Shown here: positions 8,344 through 17,567 of the stretch, in pieces
Layout: each line of letters begins with the position of its first letter
Numbering within the stretch: position 1 is the stretch's first letter
Assembly: GCA_902783265.1 (NCBI GenBank)
Contig: CACZQJ010000001.1
Span: forward strand, 1 to 32,615
Source: an uncultured Erysipelotrichaceae bacterium
GTDB taxonomy: Bacteria; Bacillota_I; Bacilli_A; RF39; UBA660
Reading direction: 5' to 3'
Length of the DNA stretch: 32,615 nt
Translations under genes and position numbers: made by a program
Notes under the pieces: generated by a model
Database searches by the model: none
The model's input: only the letters and a program-made list of their open reading frames with translations
What the model was told of the DNA's origin: nothing

Positions 8344-10389
8344 TTATTCTCCCTTTAATACCTTATCAGATTCTTCAGTTTTCTTAATTAAATCATGAAC
8401 AATTATATCATTAGAAACAGCAATTTCTCTTTCAGCTCTTTCACGAAATTTATCAATGTAATCACCCTCTATTACCGCATTCTCATCTAACATAGTTGCC
8501 TGATCATTTTGACTATCATAATATATTCTATCAGTAAGAAAATTACTATTCGGAAAAATTATAAAGTGCTCATTAGTATTAAATACATCATGTCCCAAAG
8601 AGTATTTACTAACCTGAACGCCAAACATATTAGATAACGTTGGATAAACATCATACATTCCCATTGGAAAAGTTAACTCTTTATTAATTTTCTTAGATAT
8701 TTTTTTATCCTTAGTCCAAATTATAAAAGGCACTTTTCTATTTAATTCATAATCATATTTAGTAAATTCTTTATACTCTGGATCATCATCTTTACGTTTA
8801 GAATCAGTCGCCGGATTATAATTATAATAATAATCATACTCTGCTCTTTTAATTTTAGAATCGTGGTCACCATAAATAACTATAACTAAATCATCAAGTA
8901 ATCCCTCATCATCAAGTTCATTAATAAACTCGCCCAAAGCTTCATCCGCATAATGAGCAGTTGTAAAATACTTACCCAAAGTAGTATTCTTCAAATAATT
9001 ATTAGTAACTTCTGAAGTTTCGCCCGTAGTAGTATCTGTTTTCGTATATTTATATGTTAAATCTAAATCAGTTGTATCCTCTAAGCCTTCGAAAGGAGTA
9101 TGGTTCGTAAGCATTAATAATGTACCATAATAACTGCCTTTATCATCTTTAATTTTCTTAATTATTTTACTAGACTGCTTAAAAAATGACTTATCTGATA
9201 GACCCAAACCAATTATATCGTCAAGTTCATAATCTTTATCATAATAATAAAAATTATCATATCCTAACGTCTTATGCATAGCTTCCCTATTCCAATAATT
9301 TCCCTTATTCGCATGCATACTAAATACATAATAATCAGAATTTTTAAAACTTTTTTGAATAGACTCATAATATCTATCATAATAACTTACAAAAACAGTC
9401 CCACTACTAGCTGGAAGTAAAGAAGTACTTAAAGTAAACTCGGTATCACTACTAGTTCCGACACTCTCTTGTGCATAAAAATTAGAAAAATACATTCCCT
9501 CACTAGCAAGTCGCTTTAAATTAGGGGCAACCGCCTTACCATTAATTTCTGTATCAAGTAAATAGTTCATTATACTTTCCGCATGAATAACCAAAACATT
9601 CTTACCCTTAAAAATATCCGTATATTCGTTATCAGATTTTGAAATTTCATATTCTTTATAATATTCCCTAAATTCCTTAGCCGCCTTATCATAACCAAAT
9701 AACGGACTTATTTGCGGTTTTAAACTAGCTATTAAATCATTGCCTTGATATACATAAATACCAAACTTCATAACTACATATTCACGGTTCCATTGCTTAT
9801 AAAGTCTACTAATATCAGTTCCTGTTAAAGTTGAAGCAAAGAAAGCCGTTACAATAACCGCTGCAACCAACACTTTTAAAACTGCAACTTTAACATTCTT
9901 ATCAGCTCTTAAATGCGAATAATAACCGTTTTTTTTAAGTTTGTGATGCAAAAATATAAGCATAATTGGCGCCCACAAATAACAAAAATCCTGAAGATCC
10001 ATAATCGTTTGTAACGCATCACTTACACCAATTATTTGAAAACTTGTTGCTAAAAGTGAAAAAGATGTAAATGAAATATAATTAGTATAATAAATAGAAT
10101 TTATTAGACACACAAGCATCAATATAATTGACCACGTTATATAATATCTAAATCTATATTTTGGTTTAAAAAAATAACCAAAAGATCCAACAAACAAAAT
10201 AAATGCCAAATCTGCAAGGAATGGACTAATACTCATAATCTTTTTTACCGTAAAAGCCCTAAGCAATATCCCATTTATCAAAGATGAAATAACAAAAGCC
10301 GAAAACAAAATATTATTTTTAAAAAAATAAATAACTTCTTTTTTTGTTTTAATTAATAGTTCAACGAATCTATTTACAAAGTTTTTCAT
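8344..10389 (-). CDS. ltaS: LTA synthase family protein (LtaS-like, sulfatase fold)
   Basis: About five N-terminal TM helices, then IHAES, Q...G.SSD.EFT, MHAN...YWNR, LTNHTPF and YGDH motifs. Confidence 0.85.
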   Translation of the reverse strand: MKNFVNRFVELLIKTKKEVIYFFKNNILFSAFVISSLINGILLRAFTVKKIMSISPFLADLAFILFVGSFGYFFKPKYRFRYYITWSIILMLVCLINSIYYTNYISFTSFSLLATSFQIIGVSDALQTIMDLQDFCYLWAPIMLIFLHHKLKKNGYYSHLRADKNVKVAVLKVLVAAVIVTAFFASTLTGTDISRLYKQWNREYVVMKFGIYVYQGNDLIASLKPQISPLFGYDKAAKEFREYYKEYEISKSDNEYTDIFKGKNVLVIHAESIMNYLLDTEINGKAVAPNLKRLASEGMYFSNFYAQESVGTSSDTEFTLSTSLLPASSGTVFVSYYDRYYESIQKSFKNSDYYVFSMHANKGNYWNREAMHKTLGYDNFYYYDKDYELDDIIGLGLSDKSFFKQSSKIIKKIKDDKGSYYGTLLMLTNHTPFEGLEDTTDLDLTYKYTKTDTTTGETSEVTNNYLKNTTLGKYFTTAHYADEALGEFINELDDEGLLDDLVIVIYGDHDSKIKRAEYDYYYNYNPATDSKRKDDDPEYKEFTKYDYELNRKVPFIIWTKDKKISKKINKELTFPMGMYDVYPTLSNMFGVQVSKYSLGHDVFNTNEHFIIFPNSNFLTDRIYYDSQNDQATMLDENAVIEGDYIDKFRERAEREIAVSNDIIVHDLIKKTEESDKVLKGE

Positions 10390-10474
10390 ATTTCACCTCA
10401 TACTTTAAATATTATAACACTTTTTACCCAGAAAAAAAAGTAGTATGAGCTACTTACATTAAACATATGTAAAC

Positions 10475-10517
10475 CAAAAAACAATATTAAAAAGTGATTA
10501 ATATCACTTTTTAATAT
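10475..10517 (-). terminator. Long intrinsic terminator
   Basis: Perfect 15-bp inverted repeat atattaaaaagtgat (10484-10498) / atcactttttaatat (10503-10517), followed on the minus strand by TGTTTTTT. Confidence 0.7.
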
Positions 10518-10611
10518 ATACCTTGTAATACTTTTTAGAATTCTCAAACAAGAAAACATGAAGTACTAGTAGTCTGAGGTAAGTACATATCAGGTAACAA
10601 ATATGTACCCA

Positions 10612-11454
10612 CTAACTATTTTTCTCACCCTTCACATTTTTATACTTATTTTTATATGCTAAATATCCTTCTGCATTTATTGCAATACCCATCACAAATA
10701 TAAATGAAAGCATATAAATCCAAATCATCATTACTATAATTCCAGATAAACTGCCATAAAACAACGAATAATTGGCAAAATTAGAAACGTAATATGAATA
10801 TACAAAAGTGGTAATAATCCATCCAATAGTAGTAAAAAATGCTCCTTTATTCATAAAACTGCTAGAAATTTGCTCATCTGGAGCCATCGTATATAAAAGC
10901 TTTAAAATCCAGAAAAATAGCACAAATGCAAGTGGCCATTTTATTAAAACAAAAATAACATATATTTTATCCCTAAACTCTAATAAAAAGTCCAAATTAA
11001 GAATATAATTTAAAATTACATTACCGTAAGCTAATACAACTAATATAAAAATAAATAGAAAAAGTAAAATGAAAATCATAAAAAATGCTTTTATTCTTCT
11101 CTTAATATAATCATCATATTCAATACCAAATAGTTCATCTGATGTAATAATAATTGAATGAGTACCATTAGAAACTAAAATAAAACCAACAATCATAACA
11201 AACGCAATATTACCAGAAATATTACTACCATCTAAAAAAGGAAGTAATATTTTTGTAAAATTGCCAGGAATTACTTTTTCTATTATTTCAACAAAAGGCA
11301 ATGATAAAAGGGTTATTTTAGAAACAATATAACCAAGTAAAGTTAATAACGGAAAAATAGACAAAATTAGAAAATATGCAAGTTGCCCAGGCAATATTTT
11401 CATCTCTGGTCTCATTATAATATCATAAATTCTCTTAAAATAACCCTTTAACAT
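10612..11454 (-). CDS. YihY/virulence factor BrkB family membrane protein
   Basis: LAYFLILSIFP, LY..AP, F.NYSLFYGSLSGIIVMMIWIY and G..IN motifs; multi-TM. Confidence 0.9.
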   Translation of the reverse strand: MLKGYFKRIYDIIMRPEMKILPGQLAYFLILSIFPLLTLLGYIVSKITLLSLPFVEIIEKVIPGNFTKILLPFLDGSNISGNIAFVMIVGFILVSNGTHSIIITSDELFGIEYDDYIKRRIKAFFMIFILLFLFIFILVVLAYGNVILNYILNLDFLLEFRDKIYVIFVLIKWPLAFVLFFWILKLLYTMAPDEQISSSFMNKGAFFTTIGWIITTFVYSYYVSNFANYSLFYGSLSGIIVMMIWIYMLSFIFVMGIAINAEGYLAYKNKYKNVKGEKNS

Positions 11455-11471
11455 AAGCCTCTTCCTTAATC

Positions 11472-13499
11472 TTAATTATTTACCTCTTCTTTATTGCTAC
11501 GCATATCAATAGTTGCTTCATTTATCGCATCATCAATAGTTTTTATTTCATCATTTATCATACTATATCCGATTGCTGCTCCAAATCCATGTGAAAGTTC
11601 TTTAAATTCTTTATTTAACTTACGCATATATGTAACAATTGTTTTTTCATCATGACCAACTGTAAATACTAAAAATTCATTTCCATCAGTTCTGACAAGC
11701 TCACTATCACTAAGCTGATTATTAATTAATATACTAGCACCTTCAATAATAACCTTATCCCCTTCAGCATGGCCAAAATTATCATTAATATATGCTACAT
11801 TATTTAAATCTATAATTATAACCGCTTGTGGGTATACTTCGCTATTGTCCCACTTACTAATATTATCATTTAAGTAATCTCTATTTTTAAGAGATGTCAT
11901 TGAATCAATATAGCGTAGTTTGTCAGCTTTAGACAATTTGAAATCATATGTCTTACGGCGTTTAAAAATTTTAGCAGCTAAAAATATCGTAAACGAAATT
12001 AAAAGAATAACAAGTGCACTTAAAATAGTTTGTAATAAAACAATACTATTATTAGAATTTAAAATACCTATATAACTATCATTTATAACATCATTAGTAT
12101 CTATAAAAGATAAATAGAAATTTAAAAATTCATTAAACACTTTATTACCACTAATATCTCGTGTCAAAAATCCATAATCACGCTCAAAATCCAAAACACC
12201 CAATTTTTTAACATCACTAAATTTAGATCTTACATAATAATCATAAGTATATTCATCAATTGCCGCTATTTTCAAGCCCTTTAAATCATTTAGTAAAGAC
12301 CTAGAATCATCATAAGAATTAACTTTAATGTTATTTTTCTTTAAATAATTTTCTATATAACTATTTTTAACAGTAGAAACAGTCTCGCCATTTAATGAAT
12401 AAATATTATTAATAGTCAAATCAGAATTATCTTTAGTAACTATCACTACTTTATTATTATAAACACCTACAGTATTTAATACATCCATATTAAATTTAGT
12501 TGTACCATTATCACTAGAAATAATATCCAAACCATTCTTATTAAAATCATCAAGAACATTATCAATTGATGAATATCTTTTAAATTCCACTTCCACATTA
12601 GCCATATTAGCAAATTTTTTTATAAATGAATAATTAAGTCCTTTTAAAGAACCATTTACATTCACTTCGAAAGGCGCATTCAAAACAAAACCATATTTAT
12701 ATCTTTTACTTCTAAAACTAGCCTGTTCTTTTTCATCAATATTATTAAAAGTAAAATAACTATCCATTAAATATTTATTCAAAGATTTTTGATATTTTTT
12801 GTTTTTATAATTTTTAAAATATTTAACTAAAATTTTATTTAATTTTTTATTATTTCCTAAAGTAATTACATAATTTTTATTATACTCAGTAATATTATAA
12901 GCAATATTTAAATCATTATTTAAAATTATTTCCAAATAATCTAATTTAGGTAAAACAACACCATCAATGTTTTCGTTTTTAACATCAGTAATCATTTCAT
13001 CTTCGGTTCCATAACCTTTATAAGAAAGATTACTACTGCCATTTAAATAATTACCAACCTTAGTTAAATCATTATTTAAAACCCCAATACGCAAATTTTT
13101 AAGATCCGTAACACTAGTATAGTGTAAATTCTTTTTAGTTACTATAACATAATTATCTTGATATAATAAAATGTCATCCTTAGTATCCTCTTTAATAGCT
13201 AAAGCATATTCAGAGTTTGTTTTAGAAGATTTATTATAAGGTAACTTATTAATTTGTAAACCCGTATCCCTTTCTAAAGAATCAAAAAAATCAAATACAA
13301 TTCCATTACCACTATAGCTAACTATTGGAACATCACTTAAAACAGCAACATCTATTACTTTATCTTTATTATTTTCAATCCATCTTTTTTCAATAACAGT
13401 AAGAGATGTTTTTTTATCTTCATTTGTAAAAAAATATACACCAAAAGCTATAATAATAACAGCTAAAACTGCAATAACAACTTTCCATTTTTTATCCAT
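11472..13499 (-). CDS. Membrane sensor: extracellular solute-binding-like domains plus degenerate GGDEF domain
   Basis: N-terminal TM, two repeats resembling family-3 solute-binding domains, second TM, then DSMTSLKNR, IDLNN..YINDNFGHAEGD and RTDGNEF in place of R.GGDEF. Start placed at MDKKWK after AGGTGG. Confidence 0.8.
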   Translation of the reverse strand: MDKKWKVVIAVLAVIIIAFGVYFFTNEDKKTSLTVIEKRWIENNKDKVIDVAVLSDVPIVSYSGNGIVFDFFDSLERDTGLQINKLPYNKSSKTNSEYALAIKEDTKDDILLYQDNYVIVTKKNLHYTSVTDLKNLRIGVLNNDLTKVGNYLNGSSNLSYKGYGTEDEMITDVKNENIDGVVLPKLDYLEIILNNDLNIAYNITEYNKNYVITLGNNKKLNKILVKYFKNYKNKKYQKSLNKYLMDSYFTFNNIDEKEQASFRSKRYKYGFVLNAPFEVNVNGSLKGLNYSFIKKFANMANVEVEFKRYSSIDNVLDDFNKNGLDIISSDNGTTKFNMDVLNTVGVYNNKVVIVTKDNSDLTINNIYSLNGETVSTVKNSYIENYLKKNNIKVNSYDDSRSLLNDLKGLKIAAIDEYTYDYYVRSKFSDVKKLGVLDFERDYGFLTRDISGNKVFNEFLNFYLSFIDTNDVINDSYIGILNSNNSIVLLQTILSALVILLISFTIFLAAKIFKRRKTYDFKLSKADKLRYIDSMTSLKNRDYLNDNISKWDNSEVYPQAVIIIDLNNVAYINDNFGHAEGDKVIIEGASILINNQLSDSELVRTDGNEFLVFTVGHDEKTIVTYMRKLNKEFKELSHGFGAAIGYSMINDEIKTIDDAINEATIDMRSNKEEVNN

Positions 13500-13959
13500 T
13501 ATTGCCACCTGCAATTCCATAATTTACACTATCACTGCTTTTACTCTTATAACCAATTATTGGATATTGCTCACTTTTTTCATCAGAATCAATAAATATT
13601 TGAATATCATAATATTTTTGATCATCTTTACTTATTTCATTTATAATACTACCTGCAAATTCCTTGGCCTGATTAACGCCAAAATTACTATCTACAGTTA
13701 TTGTAAAATTCAAAATTCTTCCTTCTTTGTTATATTCTATTTTAGACACACTGTCATTGTCTTTTGCTTTATCTTTTATTTTAGATATAACCTTATCAGA
13801 AATTTTATGTTTTTTTTCATCCTTTAACCTATCACCATATTTATTACCATTAAAACTAGGTAATATAAATAACCATGTCATAAGTATTATTAAAATAATA
13901 ACTAAACAAATAACTCCCATAATCATTTGTTTTTTATGTTTTTTAATAAATTTTTTCAT
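13492..13959 (-). CDS. Hypothetical membrane-anchored protein (155 aa)
   Basis: ATG 13959 after GTGGTGA; single N-terminal TM; stop overlaps the start of the GGDEF gene. Confidence 0.7.
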   Translation of the reverse strand: MKKFIKKHKKQMIMGVICLVIILIILMTWLFILPSFNGNKYGDRLKDEKKHKISDKVISKIKDKAKDNDSVSKIEYNKEGRILNFTITVDSNFGVNQAKEFAGSIINEISKDDQKYYDIQIFIDSDEKSEQYPIIGYKSKSSDSVNYGIAGGNNG

Positions 13960-13991
13960 TAAAATCACCACTTCCATTATACTATAATTTA

Positions 13992-14354
13992 TCACTTCAA
14001 ACAAGAAGGAGTACATTCATTAACATAAGCATAAACATATTGATTACTTTCAAGCTTTATTTCTACATACCCCCCTAACATCCCGCCTTTAGGATTTACA
14101 GCCTCATTTTCAATATATCCTTCACTAACTAAGTCTGTCACGCTTACACAACAACTACCACTATCAGGCAAATTTGCCGTATGTTCAACACCCCATTCTT
14201 TTGCTGCTTTTTCTACTATTAATTTTTGGCTTTCATAAGCCCTATCTTTTGAAGCATTAATTATTCCCATAACAGATGGATATGCAATAGTTGAAATCAA
14301 GCCAATAATAACAATTACTACTAATAATTCCACTAATGTAAAACCGTTTTTCAT
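13992..14354 (-). CDS. Type IV pilin-like protein (class III prepilin signal), 120 aa
   Basis: ATG 14354 after AGGTGA: MKNG|FTLVELLVVIVIIGLISTIAYP, with L...GYI motif and four Cys. Confidence 0.88.
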   Translation of the reverse strand: MKNGFTLVELLVVIVIIGLISTIAYPSVMGIINASKDRAYESQKLIVEKAAKEWGVEHTANLPDSGSCCVSVTDLVSEGYIENEAVNPKGGMLGGYVEIKLESNQYVYAYVNECTPSCLK

Positions 14355-14376
14355 ATCTTCACCTACCCTATAATAA

Positions 14377-14405
14377 ATTATAAAATAATTGCCAAAATAA
14401 GTCAA
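14377..14405 (-). promoter_or_regulatory. Sigma-A type promoter for the pilin-GGDEF-yihY operon
   Basis: TTGACT (14405-14400), 17-nt spacer, TATAAT (14382-14377). Confidence 0.6.
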
Positions 14406-14423
14406 TTAAGTATGCTCCTTTTG

Positions 14424-14451
14424 AAATTAAAAAGCCAAGATAATCTTGGCT
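14424..14451 (-). terminator. Intrinsic terminator after the DUF5305-like gene
   Basis: Minus strand AGCCAAGA-TTA-TCTTGGCT followed by T-rich tail. Confidence 0.65.
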
Positions 14452-14455
14452 AATT

Positions 14456-15580
14456 TTAAATATAAGTTTTTTCTCTATCTTCACCATAATTAATAGTATT
14501 GAAATGATCAAAATCAGATTCTTTAAGTAAAAACCTATAAGCAGTTTTATCATTTAATATTAAGAATACACATTTTGAGTTCTCTTCAATTTCAAAATAT
14601 ATAATTGGTGAATGAAGTTCTTCTTCGATATCAACCATATCAGTAAAGCTCTTGATATTAACAATATCGTATTTATTTAAATCTGGCATATTATGAGTTT
14701 CTGCAATAATATCGCCATATTCCTTCATAATCTTATTAACAGCTAATATATATTCAGATTTTCTAGTAACCGCAAGTAAACTCTTACCAAGTTTTACAAA
14801 TACTACTAATGAACCTAATAACACTAAAGTACCCACAACAGCTAAAGGAATGTTAATTTCTTTATTTTGATTTGCCGTACTATAAACTGTATTACTGCCA
14901 GTATTTACATAATCTGATTTAACTCTTACAGTTTGAACAAGTAAAGGAAATTGTAAACTCATATCATATTTTTCTTGTAAATTTTTCTCAGTTTCACCCT
15001 TAAGACCAGCCGAAATATTAATATTCATAGTCAAATCTACGCGAGCATCAACTGAAAGTCCAAATTGATTTCGGAAATCGGCAAGGACTTGATTATAAGC
15101 ATTATAATCTAAATTAACAACTTTATCAATAATAAATTGTTTTCCAGTACCATTCATTGTTTGCATAGCTAAAATAGGATACTCTTTAGACCAAACATCA
15201 ACCTTTCGTCCATCAGAATCTTCGCCTAATCCTCTAGCAGTAGCTACAATAGAATAATTATAAGTATAATCCAAATCCTCAGTACTGTGGAATTCAAAAT
15301 TTGGTTGAACTTCAACATGATCAATTATTGAGGCAATATACTGCTTATTCATTTCTAAATAAGGAGCCGTAAAAAAGCCGTTATTTTTCAAGTAAACTTT
15401 ATAATCCATTTTAGAATTATAAGTATAAGAATAAAGTTTTTTCTTAGCACTAGCTTCAGGATTTACAGCCTTAACAATAGAAAAAATCGAAACAGCCATT
15501 ACTGCAATAACTATAAGTAGTAAAAAAACTCTAACCCATTGTTTCAAAATTATTTTATTTTCATCTTTTTGTCTTTTCAT
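14456..15580 (-). CDS. DUF5305-like two-TM membrane protein
   Basis: N-terminal TM, beta-rich extracellular region, second TM, cytoplasmic tail EYGDII...IVNIKSFTDMVDIEEELHSPII, which I recall as the DUF5305 C-terminal pattern; 15 nt downstream of the signal peptidase. Confidence 0.65.
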   Translation of the reverse strand: MKRQKDENKIILKQWVRVFLLLIVIAVMAVSIFSIVKAVNPEASAKKKLYSYTYNSKMDYKVYLKNNGFFTAPYLEMNKQYIASIIDHVEVQPNFEFHSTEDLDYTYNYSIVATARGLGEDSDGRKVDVWSKEYPILAMQTMNGTGKQFIIDKVVNLDYNAYNQVLADFRNQFGLSVDARVDLTMNINISAGLKGETEKNLQEKYDMSLQFPLLVQTVRVKSDYVNTGSNTVYSTANQNKEINIPLAVVGTLVLLGSLVVFVKLGKSLLAVTRKSEYILAVNKIMKEYGDIIAETHNMPDLNKYDIVNIKSFTDMVDIEEELHSPIIYFEIEENSKCVFLILNDKTAYRFLLKESDFDHFNTINYGEDREKTYI

Positions 15581-15595
15581 ACTATTCTCCCCTTT

Positions 15596-16738
15596 TTACG
15601 AAATTGCACCACTAAGCCATACTGATGGATAACCAATAAATGGTACAACAAACATTACTTTTCCTTTCACATTTTCAAGATGGGCTTTATCAACATCTAT
15701 CGTATTATTATGATCACCTTTAGTAATAAATAATTTATTACCATAATCATCATTAGTAATCTCAACTATCCTATGGATAACATATTTACTACCGCTTACA
15801 AACTGAATAACATCTCCAACTTGAAGTAGGTCTTTCTCTTGAGTGTTTATTTTTTTAACAACAACCGCATCGCCTCTATTAAATGTTGGTGACATACTAC
15901 CAGACATAACAGCAATAGGTTGATATTTAAATAAACCCATAACAAATCCAGCAAGAAGTCCAATAAAAACAAATACAGGGATATAAACTACTGGACTATA
16001 TTTTGTTCTTTCCCTTTTAGAAAGCCTTTCAGTTCTATTTACATGAACATAATTCATATAAACATAAACAGCAAGCGGCAATGCCACACCTACAAGTGCC
16101 GTTCCAAACCAATCCAAATCAGGGATAATCGGAACAATAAATGGTGGAATTTCAACAAAAGCTCGGTACATAATTGAAAACTTAGCTCCACCTATATAAA
16201 CAAGATAAGTAAGTATTGCGCTTTCAAGTATTGTTGGAATTAACATAGATGAAACATAAGTAAATCCCGTTTGCAAATCAGCAAAATGATTCAAAAAACC
16301 TGAAAAATTAATATTCAAAGCAGCAAACACAATTACAATCAAAACATAATTAATTCGTTTCTTCTTTTCATTTTTAATTAAGGCTTCTCTCACAAATTCC
16401 TGGAAAAACAAAATTCCAACAAATGACCATAAGTTTCTTAATATACTAAATATTTCTTTTGAATATGGTGTTCTCTCAAACCCAAATATCAATCCGAGTA
16501 AAAAATATATAATAATATATATAATAAGTGTGATCAATAAACTTTGAGTTTTATCTCTTTCGCCTTTTACTCTTAAATTCGTATCATGACTTAAATAAAC
16601 TGCAACGCCACATATAATAATCCAAAACATAGGATTAATAAATTCATTATAATATGGTAAATTCATTGGACTTAAGACAAAAGTGTTAAGAAAGAAGTAT
16701 ATAGTAAGAAGACCATAAACTATTAAATTGTTCTTCAT
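15596..16738 (-). CDS. SipW/Sec11-type (S26B) signal peptidase fused to a polytopic membrane domain
   Basis: C-terminal VMSGSMSPTFNRGD, VIHRIV (His general base) and ITKGDHNNTID boxes of ER-type peptidases; about 265 N-terminal residues with about 8 TM helices. Start placed at MKNNLI after AGAGGGG. Confidence 0.85.
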   Translation of the reverse strand: MKNNLIVYGLLTIYFFLNTFVLSPMNLPYYNEFINPMFWIIICGVAVYLSHDTNLRVKGERDKTQSLLITLIIYIIIYFLLGLIFGFERTPYSKEIFSILRNLWSFVGILFFQEFVREALIKNEKKKRINYVLIVIVFAALNINFSGFLNHFADLQTGFTYVSSMLIPTILESAILTYLVYIGGAKFSIMYRAFVEIPPFIVPIIPDLDWFGTALVGVALPLAVYVYMNYVHVNRTERLSKRERTKYSPVVYIPVFVFIGLLAGFVMGLFKYQPIAVMSGSMSPTFNRGDAVVVKKINTQEKDLLQVGDVIQFVSGSKYVIHRIVEITNDDYGNKLFITKGDHNNTIDVDKAHLENVKGKVMFVVPFIGYPSVWLSGAIS

Positions 16739-16862
16739 GTTATAACCCCTCTTATGAATAGTATTTACCACACTATCCACTACTATAATAAATTATAACA
16801 TAACAAAATGTAATTGACAACGATTTTAAAAATTTTTTTCCCATTTTTACACTTTAAAATAA

Positions 16863-16887
16863 GAAAAAGCTTAATTTTAAGCTTTTT
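16863..16887 (-). terminator. Probable terminator overlapping the stop of the 188-aa TasA-like gene
   Basis: Inverted repeat aaaaagctta / taagcttttt. Confidence 0.5.
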
Positions 16888-17443
16888 GAACATAGTTTAA
16901 AGTCATTAATACTGTTTTTTCAAGTTGGGCTGCTGACGGTTGAGTAGTAACAGCAGGATTATAAGTAGCAGTTACTGTAAACGTATCAGTTCCACCATTA
17001 GCATTTAAATCATCACCAACAGCAATTCCTGAATAAGTGTATAATATTGCATCAGTTGGATTAGTTTGCCCCATAGTTGCATCACTGAACGTAATACCAC
17101 CAGGTCCTAACTCAGCATTAATAGTACCACTATTTTCAACAGTAACAGTATAAGTTACAGACTCAGAAGGTGAAAGTAAAATTGCACTAAATTCAGCCGT
17201 ATAATTATCTTTAACCTCATGTTTTATACTTCCAGCAGTAGTATAAGTAGTCTCTCCATTGCTATAAGTGCCCACTGCGGTCGCAGATGGAGTAATTGAT
17301 TTAATATGAACATTCCATGAACTATTAATATTAGCCGTACCATTAATATTTAAATTAGTAGCAAACGCTGCATAACCTACTGCCATAACTAAAACTATTG
17401 CAAGAAGTACTCCTATTAAAATATTTTTATGCCTTGATTCCAT
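16877..17443 (-). CDS. TasA/CalY-like secreted fibre subunit (188 aa)
   Basis: VGYA|AFATNLNINGTA..SSW, core LLSPSESVTYTVTVENSGTI, C-terminus LNYVQKA; directly upstream of the SipW-like gene. Confidence 0.72.
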   Translation of the reverse strand: MESRHKNILIGVLLAIVLVMAVGYAAFATNLNINGTANINSSWNVHIKSITPSATAVGTYSNGETTYTTAGSIKHEVKDNYTAEFSAILLSPSESVTYTVTVENSGTINAELGPGGITFSDATMGQTNPTDAILYTYSGIAVGDDLNANGGTDTFTVTATYNPAVTTQPSAAQLEKTVLMTLNYVQKA

Positions 17444-17527
17444 ATTCTACCTCCTATCATAAAATCTACCCTAATAAAACTATATCATTTTTTAAAGACT
17501 TAATCAAGATTTTTTTATTATTTTAGC

Positions 17528-17555
17528 AAAATAAAAGACCGCTTATAAGCAGTCT
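17528..17555 (-). terminator. Intrinsic terminator between two TasA-like genes
   Basis: Minus strand AGACTGCT-TATA-AGCGGTCT followed by TTTATTTT. Confidence 0.7.
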
Positions 17556-17567
17556 ATTATAAACACA

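Noticed and set aside
10545-10613. 22-codon GTG ORF (VGTYLLPDMYLPQTTSTSCFLV) after yihY
   Set aside because: RBS spacing is poor, it has no motif, and it overlaps a hairpin.
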